From the NCBI GenBank assembly GCA_028534125.1, contig CM052816.1, positions 48,176,001 through 48,240,000 of the forward strand: a stretch of DNA of 64,000 nucleotides, read 5' to 3'. The stretch comes from Lama glama. Lineage: Eukaryota. Below are positions 12,581 through 25,710 of the stretch, one piece after another (within the stretch, counting starts at the first letter, position 1; each line of letters begins with the position of its first letter). The notes under the pieces were generated by a model, which ran no database searches, was not told where the DNA came from, and saw nothing but the letters and a program-made list of their open reading frames with translations. Both the position numbers and the translations under genes were made by a program.

Positions 12581-12885
12581 CTACAAGAAGTAGAAATGAA
12601 AATTATACACCAATATCCCTGATGAACATAGATGAAAAAATCTTCAACAAAATACAGCACATTAAAAGGATCATATACCACAATAAACTGGGATGTATCA
12701 CTGGGATGCAAGGATGGTTCAACAAATGCAAATCAATAAACATGACACATTACATCAACATAATAAAGAATATAAATCATACAAACATATCAGATACAGA
12801 AAAAGCATTTGTCAAAATTCAACATCTTTAATGATAAAAACTCTCAAAAACTGGGTATAGGAAAAATGTACCTCAACATAATAAA
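12581..12885 (+). mobile_element. L1 ORF2 RT fragment (inverted part)
   Basis: ORF 12556-12831 translates to [19 protein letters not shown]...GMQGWFN...[11 protein letters not shown], which are L1 RT motifs ([35 protein letters not shown]). Confidence 0.95.
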
Positions 12886-15800
12886 ATTTCAAATAACCAC
12901 AGAAAAAATTAGACAAAGGAAAGAAAAATCAGGAGTTTCCTATGAAAAAGTATAATTGGATATATGCAATACAGTTTGCTACATTAGTTTTTTTTTAAAG
13001 AGCAGAAACTTTAATTCTGAAAGAATTAATAGACGTTTTCTGAAAGAAAGACTAGACATTTATTTAATTTTTGTTAAACAGATTCACCTGAGTACACTAC
13101 GTATACTATAAAATATTTTATAAAATTTGGGAATAAATGAATTGTTGTTACTTCTAGTTGGGTCCTATACACAATCTGGAATACAGTAAAGAAGAGAAGT
13201 AGGGAGAGTTTAAGTAGTGGGAATTTAATCAGAAAGAGGAGGAGGAATGAGGGATTCTCTAGAAGGCATAGCAAAATATAGGCCAAGGTGCTACAGAATT
13301 ACTAAGAGGTTCTCCAACAGTAAAAACATATCAAAGGAAGTTGAGTCAAATGTTTTGTGATTCAAAAGGGATATGCTAAGTTTAGGAATATGAAAAATGA
13401 CTAAACACATAAAAATAAAAAAAAAAAAGAATTGGACAGAGTCAGTGTTGGCATCATTAAAGCTCTATAAATTCAAGAGCAGCATTATCACTGAGATGTG
13501 TTAACCAGCTAACCTACATCTACATCTGGACATCTGAAGTAAGTTTAAAATCAATTTAATTGGGCATAATGATTATCCATTATGTACAAGGATTCATATT
13601 CATGTTCACATCTGGGGACATTCTATCTACTATCTATCTATCTAATCAGGTTCTCTATTTTTAAGGAGTTAAAAATACAGCAGAAAAGAGGAATACATAA
13701 TAGAAATAAACTGAGAATGCTGTTTCATGTGTGCTGTACTATTGGATTTTTAATATTTTCAAAAAGAGGATTTTCAAAGTTAGTCTTTTTTCAATAAAAG
13801 GAAAGCAAATTGGGTCAGATCCAGAGTGACCTGAAGTAGACATCCTTATTTTGTTTTCAGGAAGGAAGATGATTGAAAACAACCTCCTGATAAAAGTTAT
13901 ATAACATTTTGAATTTATCTTTCAGTCTTTGTTTTTATAATGATCAGTCTCTTTTGAAAAGTGCCCATAACAGCATTGTGTTTTTTTCTGATGGGTATGT
14001 GAAGACTGCAGGAGAGAAGAGTACCTCGCTCAGCATCCAAGATACAAAGAGTCATCTTATAAAGGGCTTCAACCCTTCTAATGGAAAGTGAAATGAACCT
14101 TGTTTTTTTTTTTTTAATGGAGATATAATTATTGTCCTAAAGCCTTTCTGAGAATATTCTCATTACAGTCAACAGCTCTTCAAATTGAATGAAATGGTAA
14201 CAAAGTTGGGAAGGCAACTTTAATGCTCAAGGATTTATTCAGTATTCTTGACTTAAAGGGTAACAAATAAAACTTCCTCGATTTTATCCTGGATTCAGAC
14301 CATCATAAAATAAATTTTAAGACTTAATCATAGCACAGATAAACAAAAGCCCTCATTTTGGGGGACTTCTCCATTTAATTTTACCAATAAGTGTCATTAA
14401 TTTAAAGCATTATCAAATACAGTTTGATTTTAGAACTGTGAAATAGCTTTCATATAACTATAATCACCAATATGGAATAATTATTAGACTGTGCTTTGGG
14501 ATCAGAAAATGAGAAATAAGTTCATTTCATAAGTGTTTATACTTATTTTATGCTTTTCTGCATAACTAAAGTGAAAAATCATCTCTCTTCCTTTGAATAG
14601 ATAATAAACTGTCTTCATAAATAATTGATGGTAGAATTATGCAAATAAGATAGGAACTTTTTAAAACAGAGAGAACTCATAAATTAGAGTTTTAAAAAAA
14701 GAGGTCTGTTGGAGATATTTACTTCTATTCATCAGGCAAAGGCATAGCTGATCCACATATCCTTCCTTATGATAGGTCAGGGGTATACATTTTCATGTTT
14801 TGCAGTGTAACACACAGCCTAAGAAAGCTTCTGAATTCTGCTGCCTTCTTCAAGTTACTAATACCCTTGAAGGTGCAACTCCTTGAAGGCATTTATCAAT
14901 AATGTGTTACATACTTATATAATTTGGGTCCATTCTTAAGGGAGAACAGTGAATTTTCTGGTTAGATACCAGGGCTTATATACGGTGCTTCTCCATTTCC
15001 TGCAGTAAACAATATCATCATTACACATTTTTTTTCCTAATGTCAAATGTCTGAGTATTTTTTTTCCTATTATACGAGTTGCTCTTTCATCTGAAGAAGG
15101 ATCGGAGATGCTTCAATTTGAAGGAATGTGATAAATATATGAAAATCCACAGATGCTTATGTTCTTCTACTTCCCTTTTTGAACTTGTCCTTTTATAACT
15201 TTAATGTTTCTAAACATGAGGACCTTTAAGATTTTGTTGTAAAAATCCGGACTGATAGTTTTTCTTTAGCACCTGTGTATTTTGGATCCATACAGACACT
15301 GACCTCATAGAGATTAAGTTAAACCCATGCATGTCATTTATGGGAATAGAAACTAAACAGAATTCTTGGTAAAGGTTATCTCCTAAAGAAGCCATTTCTT
15401 GGAAACACAAAGGGAAATACGGTTATGTTTTAGGACAATGCCAATTGTATTCTTTCAATATAACATAAGACAAATTTTTGTGATTAAAATGTTGAAAAGC
15501 AACATTTTTATTCCTCCCAAACAGTTGTTCACGATACATGTAAGTGAACACTGCTCCTTAAAAACTTTGTGGTGAAATGGGTAGAGTTTAGAATAAATAG
15601 CATTTATTTAAATGTACTATGACAAAGAACCTTTCGGTTTTTCAGGTACTGTGAATCCTCGTACAAAACTTATTTCTAAGTTTCAATGAACATTGTGTTC
15701 ATTCAGACTTATGTATTTATTTCTTAATTTAAAAATCAAATTAAAAGTTCTTCTATACTGTATTCAAGCTGATACATTATTATTGAAAAATAGTTGAATA

Positions 15801-16111
15801 CACCCATGCATAATTATAAAAAGTGATTAGCATGTGAACTGCAACTGAAAATAATATTTATGTTTTATGTCAACTTTTCAACTTATCAGTTAGAAGAAAC
15901 TATAGTATAAAAAATAATTTCTAAATAACTTCTATTGTTCACAAACCACTAGTTGGAATTGGCCAAATAACTTAGTAACTGATTAAAACTATTAAAATAA
16001 AAATATTTAGGAATTAACTAGTTTATTGGGACATTTTGGGGCTGCCAATCATACGGTGTCACAGAAAAAGGACCAACTTCTAGACTCAGCTCTATGTTTC
16101 ATTGTTATCAT

Positions 16112-16553
16112 TGTTACGGAAACGACAGGCCAGTCAAGAAACAAGCGCCACTCGGAGGGTTGGAGAACTCAGATGTATTACGCCGCGGGCTCAGAGGGGC
16201 TTCTGCTCCGAAGCTCTGAGCAAGACGTGAGGTTTTAGAGGGTAAAGTACAAGCTTGGGGTATTCGGCCAATAGGCATGGAACAGCTTTAGCAGCATTAT
16301 CATCAAAAAGTGGAGGCGGGGAGGCAGCAAACCAACATTCCAGATGTATCTTTGAAAACCCAGCTGGCTAGCAAAAAACATGAACAGCAAACCAACACTA
16401 ATTAACCTAGATTTACAAGTTAGTCCAGCAGAACTCAGATCAGTATTCCAATACTTAGATTTGTGAGTTATCTTGCTAGACCAGCCCAGCCTCTCCTTCA
16501 CATTCCTAGACTTATGAGTTATCTTGTCAGACCAGTTCTGTTTTTCCTTCACA
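16112..16553 (-). mobile_element. Young ERV solo LTR (442 bp), family unassigned
   Basis: TGT...ACA termini, 5-bp TSD ATCAT/GTCAT, many CpGs against a CpG-poor background, U3-like tandem repeats, CCAAT and GC boxes. Confidence 0.88.
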
Positions 16554-16619
16554 GTCATGATCTAGCACAAATCATTTAATAATATTTCTACATGACATGT
16601 CATCTCAGGAAACATATAT

Positions 16620-16745
16620 ACATTGGAATCACACAGATATGTATTCAAATACGGTTCTGCCACATAATACCTGGGTAAACTTGGACAGAATAACTAACCT
16701 ATTTAAGCCTCATTTTTGTTTTTTGTAATTGGAGTTAATAATTAC
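16620..16745 (+). mobile_element. MIR fragment
   Basis: TTGGAATCACACAGATATGTATTCAAATACGGTTCTGCCAC...CTGGGTAAACTTGGACAG...AAGCCTCATTTT. Confidence 0.75.
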
Positions 16746-17589
16746 ATTTTCGTTTTCTGTAATGGAGTTAATAATCAGAAGGTCACTGAATAAAATCCCT
16801 ATTATAATAGTTGGCCTATAAAATAAATGTAATAAAAATGTCTCATTATAGTGCTCACAAATACAACTTATTTGTAAAATTACTAATTTTTTCCTGATCA
16901 TTAAGTCTCTTTTAGCTTTCAGTTTCATAATTTTACTAGTCTATAATAATCTGGCAAACACCTGCTAAGTTTCCTAGATGAGAGAGTATGTCTGACTCAG
17001 TGCCAAACATTCATGAAAATGAAAAATAAATCAATTAAATTCAGTGCATGCCCTACTGCCCTACTGGTGTTTTCAGCAAGATATCAACCTTTGTATACTA
17101 TATAAATAGGCAGGGAGGCAGACAAATAGAAAAAAATGATATATAGAGACACATCTGTATCTGTATATACATGCTTATACAGCTGAACCATAGGTTATGA
17201 TTATACTTCTATAGTTCATAATCTCACAGGAGAAAGATATCAATAATGTGTTGTGAGCAAGATGCTCTATTCCCGATTGTCTAAAATATTATGTGCAATT
17301 TTCCGCCAAATATTTAAAACCAAGGCTGTGAAATATATGTTACCTGACAAGAAACTCACAGAGCCCAGAAGGCTGAGGAGAGAAGGATGCAGTCTTCCAA
17401 GGCTTTGAAAGCCTCCAGAGAGCCTTAAGAGAAGTGGCAGTTCTCTGGCTGGCTGTGTCTACAGTACATTAATTCTTTACTGCTCTGCTATTAACCATGT
17501 CTAAAGTATGTTCACATTCTTTCTTTATTTTTTATCTTATTGTTTAATGCTAACTTTACGCCTTGGGGAATAATCAATGTCATTGTTAC

Positions 17590-17730
17590 TTCCAATTAAC
17601 AAATGAAGAAATTCAGTTCAAGGAGTTTAGTAGCATGTTTAGGATTATGGTGCAAGTCTTGTACCAAATTTACAAATTTAACTATTTATTGAGTTGAGAG
17701 ATTCTAATCATATATCTATCTCTACCCTTA
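17590..17730 (-). mobile_element. MIR fragment
   Basis: CCAATTAACAAATGAAGAAATTCAGTTCAAGGAGTTTAG resembles the antisense MIR core. Confidence 0.5.
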
Positions 17731-19499
17731 AATAGCTTTGTGGCAACTGACAGTCTATCAGCATGATTTTGGTGACAAAACAGAAATATGAATGTATGAT
17801 CAAGGAGAATCAAGGGGAGGTGGTAACACTGCTTCATCCCTCAGAAACTGTATAAAACCTGCTGAATCATACTGTCTTCCTGGAATCATTGATAGTCCTC
17901 AATTTAGGGTTGCATTTTATTTTGCTCTTGATTATTATTCATGGGATGGGGAATTTTTCATTATTTTTCCTATCAAAATATTAAATTTGAACACATTTTA
18001 CAAATATATTAATGCTATTAGAAATCATTTTTCACTTGAAAACTTTAAAAACTGCTCATTTGAAGACACTTATCCACTCCTCTAAAAGAACAATAGTATA
18101 GTCTTTTATTTCTTCAAGATATGACAAAACTCCTTAGGATCAGAGCTTCACACTCAGTGTGAAAAATTTGGTTTGAGTTTGATCCATAGTCAGTGGCTAG
18201 AGACTGGGACCATAAAAAGGGACGATGGAAATGGTGTGGTCCTGGGATAAAGTCCTAACTTTAGCCACTATCAACATGAACATGTCAATATTAATATTTA
18301 CCAGAAAGTATAGTCACAGGTTAAATGTTAGAAAACCAAATGGAACTACACAGTATTGCTGTTATTAAATGAAAATACTTTACTATAATTGTCTTTCTTT
18401 TGTTAGTGAGGGATGCTTTCAAGTTCAGTTAATATAGACCCAGATTTTTCCACAGTATCTAAAAGTTCAGATATTTTAAAAAAATTCTGTAAAGTATTTC
18501 TCCAAAGAATAACATTTGCAAGCTTCAGGTAAGTATTGAATTATGTAAAGTATTTTACATAAATATTTTATTATCAGCTTCATATTTTAAAATTTTTCCT
18601 GAAAGCATACAATAGACATACAATAGAATTTTATTTTTTTAAACAGAGCAGTGGAAAGAATTCAATATATCTGTCTTTTAAATTTAATATTTCCTTGCCA
18701 TAAAGACAAAGAGGATATTAAAGATTTTAGAAATAAGACAGATAGATGTGCTATGATGTCAAAGATTTAGAAATATTTTTAACATGACCTGTAGTTTAAG
18801 TAACACAGTTTTTTACAGCTAGTAACACACTGGGTTAATAGCAAGCTAAACGAAAGTTTGTGAAAACTTTAATGAAAATACTTTTAGCAACACATGTAGT
18901 ATTTGTAATGTATTTCAGGGTATTCTATTTAAACTAAATTGCAACGAACATTTTTATAAAATAAATAGACTTCTCTGTGTTCAGTTTAAGTAACATCTTA
19001 ATGTAGTCTAAAACTTTGAATTTATGGACTATCATATTTATTTAAAATAATTTTTATAATAGAATCATTCCATTTCTATTTTTCTATGTAGATTACAGCT
19101 AATTGCAATCTACTTCTAGTCTCAATACCTTTCTTAATTTGGTCTGTTTCATTTATGCTCAGTTTCATAATTTTATGTATGAGTGTTTATGTTTATGCAT
19201 CTCTATAACACTTTATCAAAATTTTTTGAAAAAAGCAATAATAGAAACCATTTCCTGTGCTCTTACCATGGATTCATTTACTGTCAGTAAAACCTATGAC
19301 ATAGACAATGTTTTCCCCATTTTGTAATGGAAGCAGAAATTTAAGGAGATGAGTACTTTTCTCATTAAGTGTACTATAAGGTATAAACTCAGTCTGAATT
19401 AGAGATTCAGCTCGTAATCTCAACAGTATACAGTGGTTTTGTGCTTGTCTCAGCCTATTGATAACTAATGCTGAGGGTTGATCAGTCCTTGTAGTTTTT

Positions 19500-19580
19500 G
19501 CCTTCCTTCCTTTCTTTCCTTCCCTCCTTCCCTCCTTTTGTCCTCCCTCCCTCCCTTCCTTTTTTTCTTTCTCTTTTTGA
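19500..19580. repeat. (CCTT)/(CCCT) pyrimidine-rich low-complexity tract
   Basis: Directly visible; abuts an L1 tail. Confidence 0.9.
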
Positions 19581-19582
19581 TT

Positions 19583-19776
19583 CACTTTATTTTTTACTGA
19601 CACATAGACTTACAATGTTATATTAGTTTCAGTTGTATAAAATAGTGATTTGATATTTTTATAGATTATGCACATACAAATTACTACAAAATTCCTTGTT
19701 GATTATATCCCCTGTGCTGTACAGTATATTCCTGTGACTTAATTGACTAATTAATTAATTAATTTTATACCTGGTT
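19583..19776 (-). mobile_element. L1 3' UTR fragment (artiodactyl type)
   Basis: TTACAATGTTATATTAGTTTCAGTTGTA...ATATCCCCTGTGCTGTACAGTATATTCCTGTGACTTA...TTTTATACCTGGT; same family as 61252-61672. Confidence 0.85.
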
Positions 19777-20238
19777 CTTACTCTGATTGCAAGATGTCTT
19801 CAGCAATAACCATTAGGAAACTTTGTATTATTCATAGGTCCTGGAAAGCTAATGGCACGCCTGAAGCCACACAGGGACATTTCAGGAGAGAGACAGCGAG
19901 CAAATTGACTTTGGGATCTGCTTTCATTGGTGTCTATGGTGGGGGCCTAGGGTTTCATGAGCTCTCTCTTTATTGGTGAATTTAAAATGTAAGGGTGGGA
20001 ATTTTAAAAATGGGAGGGGAAAAAACAAGAAACCCAAATGGTCCATTATCAAAATCAAGCAAGATCTCTAAAACAAAGAAGCCTGGGGAAGTGGGGCAGC
20101 CTGACTCCTTATCTAGTCCTCTGCCTGGCAAAGCATTTATTCAAGAAGCCATCTTTGAAGTGAATGCCTCTGCGATCAAAGCTTTAATCAGGAACTTACA
20201 TTACAAAAAAGAAAAACCACTACCAGGGTTTTACTACA
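19777..20238 (-). mobile_element. ERVL-type solo LTR (MER74/MER54/LTR53-like)
   Basis: GC-richer block ending GGGTTTTACTACA, with ATTCATAGGTCCTGGAAAGCTAATGGCACGCCTGAAGCCACACAG; subfamily uncertain. Confidence 0.65.
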
Positions 20239-20261
20239 ATAATTCATAAGTATTCCTGAGT

Positions 20262-22545
20262 ATTTTTAAAAATAGGATTTATTTTTCGAACAGTTTTAGA
20301 TTTACAGAAAAATATTGATAAAATAGCATGAATAGTTCCAATATACCTTGATCCCAGTTTCCCTTTTTAACATCTTATATTAGTATGGTACAACTGTCAC
20401 AATTAATGAACCGATATTGCACATTGTTATTAACTAAATTCCATACTTTGTTGAAATTTCTTTAGCTTTTTCCTAATAGCCTTTTTTTTTTTTTCCTATT
20501 CCAGGATCCTATTCAGAATACTACAATACATTTAGTTATAACATTACATCTCCTAGGCTCTTGGCTCTGTTTTGCAGACCTTCCTCATTTTTAATGAGTA
20601 TTTTGTAGGATGTCTTTCTATTGGGATTTATCTGATGCTTTTCTCATTACTAGAGTAGGAGAATGGCTTTGGGAGGAAGACCACAGAGGTAAGGTGCCCT
20701 TCCTAAGACATCACATCAAGGTTACATAATATCACTTTGATTTATCACTGATATTAACATTGATCAACCAGCTGAGGTAGTGTTTGTTCTGTTTCTTAAC
20801 TATAAAGTTAGTCTTGCCCCTACATTTCCCTTCCATATTCTGCTCTTTGAAAGAAAGTCATTTCTTGAGCAGACCATACTTCACGGCTAGTGAGTTACTA
20901 TTCCCCTCTTTGAGGGCAGAATATCTACATCAGTTATTGGAATTCTTCTGCAAGGGGATTTGCCTCTTCTCTCCATTTATTTATTAATTCAAGCATTTAT
21001 GTCAGTATGAAATCATGGATATTTATGTTATATTTTGGGTTATAATTTATCTATTTGGTATAACTTATTAATTTTGTTGCTTCAGTTGTTATAGTATTGG
21101 CCATCAGGAGCTATTTCAGTTCGCTCCTTTGTCCCTTTGACTTAATCTCATCAAGGTAGATTTTTATTTTTTAAGCATTTCCACACTTCTAGTACTACAA
21201 GAAGCTCCAGTCTCACCTTGTATTTCCTGCTCCAGTCCTAGAATCTGCCATTTCTCTATGAAGTTCTGACTCCTTATATTAGAGAATGGTGTTAGATCTG
21301 TTTGCTCTTTGTCCTGGAGAACTCTATTTTTAGACCTGCTGAACTCACAGAGCAAGATGATGTATCTGTTCAGAGGTACTCATGTATATAAACATACCTA
21401 TAAATTCCATAGATAAGGATCTGTATTTATAAATTAAACATGACTTCATACCGATGTCTCCAACTCTAGTTCATTATCACATGGATTATTCCAGAGTTCT
21501 CCCCTTGTCCATAACATCCATTCCAACAATGAGAAACTTATTTTCCACTATCCACCATCCATTAAATTGTTCAATTCAGTGTACATGTAAAACAGTTTTA
21601 GAACTGTTAATCCATACCCCCATGTGAGAAACTCTATCAGTGAGAGTACAGTACTTTGGTTATGCAGTTTCTTTTGCCATTCATCTTGCAGATTCTGCTC
21701 ATTTCCAAAGTCACCCTCCTTCCCCTTCAGTGAGATTGTCTTAATCATGGTAGTAGAGCTAGATTGTTTTGTCACACTCTGCACTCTATTCTAGGATCCT
21801 CTACCTCCTAATTTGTTTTTGTTTTGCATACATTATGGTTAACTCACTTTGCTATAAAGTTCTGTAGATTTGGACAGATGCATAGTGTATGTATTCAATA
21901 CTTCAGTATCATATAGAATGGATTCACTGCCCTAAAAAATGCCCTGTACTTTACTCATTCTACCCTCCGTCCCTTTGAAATCCTGGAAACCACTGATCTG
22001 TTCATCATTTTTACATTTTGCTTTATTCAAAATGTACATTAATTAAATCATATACTATGTAGCATTTTCAGGCTGGCTTTTTAACTTGTTAAGCATTTAT
22101 AATTTATCCATGACTTATTTGTCTTTATAGTTTGTTCATTTTTATTGCTGTGCAATATTCCATTCTATTGGTTATGAAGCTCTTTGCTTATCCATTTACC
22201 TATTAAAGACCATTTTGATTTCTTTCTTTTTTGTGATTATGAATAAATCTACTGTGAATATTTTGTTGTTTTTTGTGTGGACATAAATATTCAAATCATT
22301 TGGGTGGAAGTCTAGGAGCATGATTGCTAGATTTTATGTTAAAATTATATTTAGCTTTGCAAGAAACTGTCAGCTATGTTCTAAAGTAGCTGCAGCATTC
22401 TGCATTTTGATGACAATAAATGGGAGTGTTCTTGGAGTTCTGTACTTTCACCAGAAATTGTTATTGAAGAGATTTTTGTATGTTAGCTTTATATTTTTTC
22501 CAGTTTTAAAATACATATTTCTTAACAGAAGGTGTAGTGCATTTA
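20262..22545 (-). mobile_element. L1MC/L1MD-type long 3' UTR plus ORF2 end
   Basis: CAGTTTTAGATTTACAGAAAAAT, GTCACAATTAATGAACCGATATTG, TTCCAGGATCC, GAAGACCACAGAGGTAAGGTGCCCTT, then ORF2-end motif AGCTTTGCAAGAAACTGTCA. Confidence 0.88.
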
Positions 22546-22549
22546 CATT

Positions 22550-23820
22550 TTTATGATTACTATTTTGTTTTCTTTTCTGCCATTTTTTGTGTGCTTTTTA
22601 CTTATCCAGATTTTTGTTTCTTTCTCTCTCACTCTGAAATATTTTGCATTGATTGAGGTTTTCTTTTCTTTCCTTCCTCAACTATAAATAATATATTCTT
22701 TTAGTGGTTATCCTTGAAATTTTTAAGGTGCCTATCTAATAAATCTAGTACTAACAAATATATCTTTATGTTGGTCTCACTTTTTTCCTGCTTTTGTTTT
22801 CTACTTGCTATCTTGTTTCATTTTAAAATTCTATAAATTAGATATTATTTTTATTATTTCATACAGCGAATGTGTGTTTAGCTTTAGATATATATTACTA
22901 TTTTCTTTACCCTGTTGCTTCTTGCATCTCCTGCTTTCCTTCTGTGATCACTTTTTTTCATTTCAATAGCTGACATTTTGAAGTTCCTTTGGTGAGGTTT
23001 ATTGGTTTTAAATTTTCTTAGATTTGGCATATCTGAAAATGTTGTTATTGTAGCTTCATTCTTGAAATGAACTTTGCTGGCTATACAATCTGTAGTTGGC
23101 AGTTATTTTTTTTCTCAGCACACTGAAAATATTATTCTAATCCATTGTTGCTGCTTTCATTTCAATGTATTTTTGTTTTTGTAAAGTCACAGTCTAAATA
23201 AATTTATAAGTAGAGAATCTATCTTTACTATAACTGCTTTTAAGTTCTCCATACATTTGATTTTCTGTAGTTAGCCTACCACGTGTCTAGATGTAGGCAA
23301 CTTAAGATTTTTTCTGCTTGTGAATCATTAGCCTTCTTGAATCTGAAAATTGGTGTTTTTTAATACTTCTGGAAAAATTTATTATTTTTTAGTATGGCAT
23401 ACTCTTTCATTTCTTTATTATTTCCTTTTGGAATTTCATTTATCATATTCTTGATCCCCTCAATTTATTCTCCATATTTCCTAACCTTTGTTTCAAATAT
23501 TCTTTCTCCTTGTAATTAAGTTATGATTTTGAAAAATTTGTTCAGTTCTACTTCTAATTTGAATTCTCTCTTTTCCTATTCTGCTCTATAAATGTTCTTT
23601 AAATTTTCTAATATAAATAATTTTTATTTTTATATTTTTAGTTGTGGTAGTTGACTCTTTTCCAAAGAGCACTTCCTATTTTCACAGTCTTTGGGTTTTT
23701 AAAAACTCATTTTTGCTCCCTCTTTTTAATATTTTCAAACATATTGGCAGAAGAGGGTATTAAATTCATGGATGTACAATTTCATTTTGCTACTGAATAT
23801 TCCTGCCATTGTAATTCAAT
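22550..23820 (-). mobile_element. Ancient L1ME/HAL1-like ORF1-region remnant
   Basis: T-rich, with TCTGAAAATG...TTCATTCTTGAA...TTTGCTGGCTATACAATCTG...GTTGGCAGTTATTTT...CTCAGCAC. Confidence 0.65.
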
Positions 23821-23899
23821 AATATTTTGGCCTATCTGCACAATTTCAAGCCATCTAACTTACTACATTCTACATCTACTGTATTACTTATGATCCATC

Positions 23900-24180
23900 C
23901 AGTTATAAGTGATAAAAACTTAAATCAAACTAGTTTAAGCTAATCAATTTGAAAATATGAAAACTAACTTAAAAGAAGAGCAGTGAATGTAGGGTTGGGA
24001 CCAAGTCTCAGGGATGACAGCATTCTGAGACATTTGTACAGTAGTCACTGAATCCACAGGGTCGAGGTACTGTGATAGACTAATCTTGGATCGTATGTTC
24101 TTGTCCTATAAATGAAACATATTATCAGAAAAAGGAGGCTAGGATGGCATAGACTCGGCCACTGGATAATGGTTGTCAAT
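23900..24180 (-). mobile_element. Degenerate MaLR (MLT1K/L-like) fragment
   Basis: GTTATAAGTGATAAAAACTTAAATCAAACTAGTTTAAGC resembles the antisense MLT1J-L terminus. Confidence 0.45.
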
Positions 24181-24299
24181 CATCCTATTCATGTATAATT
24201 CACCATTGTTGGCACCCTCTCTTATTTTTAAAACCTTATTTTCTGCAATAGTTGTGCCAGAAGAATGGAGCCATCCTTATATTGTAATATTCCCTCTGT

Positions 24300-24760
24300 T
24301 CTAACTCTAATCACTCTCCAGGCCCTGTCAAGTCTATTGCTGAAATTTGAAACTCCCTTTTGGTACTTTATCTTTGGCCATATTTACTTCCAATATATTG
24401 TCTCTGCCTTACTAAAACAAGTTTTCTAATAAGTTATCGCCACCTTCACTCTATTCTTCACAGTGAAAAGAGAATGGACTTTCCAAATCAGAAATCTGAT
24501 TGTGTTACTCTTAGACAGACAACTGTATTGGCTTTCCAAACTAAACTCTACCCTGAATTAATGGTCCATAATGATTTGGCTCCTAACTTCCTAAATCTCA
24601 TGTTTGATTACCATCACTATCATCACATGATCTCCACTGTGTAACTTTACTGTAAATTTAATTTTGTACATTCCATGTTTTTTAATATTTTACAATTCCC
24701 ATGTCTTTTAAATCCTTACTTTCTTCCCTCTTCAATCACTTTCTCACCTCATCACTAATA
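24300..24760 (+). mobile_element. L2 fragment
   Basis: CACTCTATTCTTCACAGTG...AAATCTGATTGTGTTACTC...CCATAATGATTTGGCTCCTAAC. Confidence 0.55.
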
Positions 24761-25559
24761 TTATTGTCCTATTTTTTTGCATGCATTAGTATCCTAGTAT
24801 TTAAGGATGAAGATATAGAAATGTCCAATCTAAAAAAAAGCTTTTCTCTTAACAGAGGGTACATTTACTTTTTTGTGATTATGGTTTTATTTTTTCTTTA
24901 TGATATCTTTTTATGTATTTTTTAGCTGTCCATTTTTGTCTCATCCTCTGTTCTGTCAAAACTTCTGTTCTGACTTCATCCACATTCCGTGGACATCCAT
25001 GCTGATTTATATTGGATTCATTATTTCTTTATGACATGGCTGACATGGGTATTGCAAAAAATCCTCAGCCTCTGTCAAAGTTGAGACATAGAAGCTTAAG
25101 GTCTTCAAGGACTGTTATTTCAGTAGAAATGGTCTTTTTTATTTCCTATTTGCCATTGCATAAACTTATATAAATTGATGGAAATGCTAGATGTATGCTT
25201 ATAGCCAATTATGTTAAATGTTGCCTATGTTAAACAAATGCCTGTTCTCTCTAGTGTTACAATGAAGGGACGTTAAGGTATCACTGTGGCATGTGGCAGA
25301 GATAAAGTAATTTATAACTAAGAGCTATCTAAGTCTTTTTTTATTATTATTTTGATATCCTTTCTCATGCTATCAAAATTTCTTCAGCAGAAGCAGCTGC
25401 TGCTTTTAAAACTGTATCTTGCTGTATTATTGTGGCTTTCTTATTTGGTTATATCATTTCCCTTAACTGTGAACCATGCAATAAGAATTTCATGTTTTGG
25501 TCTTCCAGAATATTCTTCTATAGCAACTTACATTTATAATACTATACAACTGGAATTAG

Positions 25560-25710
25560 TTAAATTTGTAAGATGTCCAACTTCTGTTTCATTGAGTTTC
25601 TTAAGAACCAAGGACTGTGCTTATTGTTTTCACTCCTTCATTCCCAGAAATTAGGATAATGCTTGGCACATCATTCATGCTCTATTTCTTGAATGAATGA
25701 ATTGATGAGT
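25560..25710 (+). mobile_element. L2 3' end
   Basis: GTTTCTTAAGAACCAAGGACTGTG...TCATTCCCAG...AATGCTTGGCACA...TTGAATGAATGAAT. Confidence 0.7.

Noticed and set aside
13800..14070. Faint resemblance of a + frame (SDPE..., RYKESSYKGL) to Mononegavirales/bornavirus L protein
   Set aside because: Only a few matching residues, multiple stops and no catalytic motifs; indistinguishable from chance without an HMM search.
15210..15410. Protein-like 66-aa minus-strand ORF
   Set aside because: No recognisable family or partner exons; length is within chance expectation.
17340..17500. GC-richer patch ending in a minus-strand CAG|GTAACA donor-like site
   Set aside because: No clear acceptor, promoter or recognisable peptide.
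19274..19603. 109-aa K/E/G/R-rich ORF
   Set aside because: Translation of the purine-rich low-complexity tract at an L1 tail.
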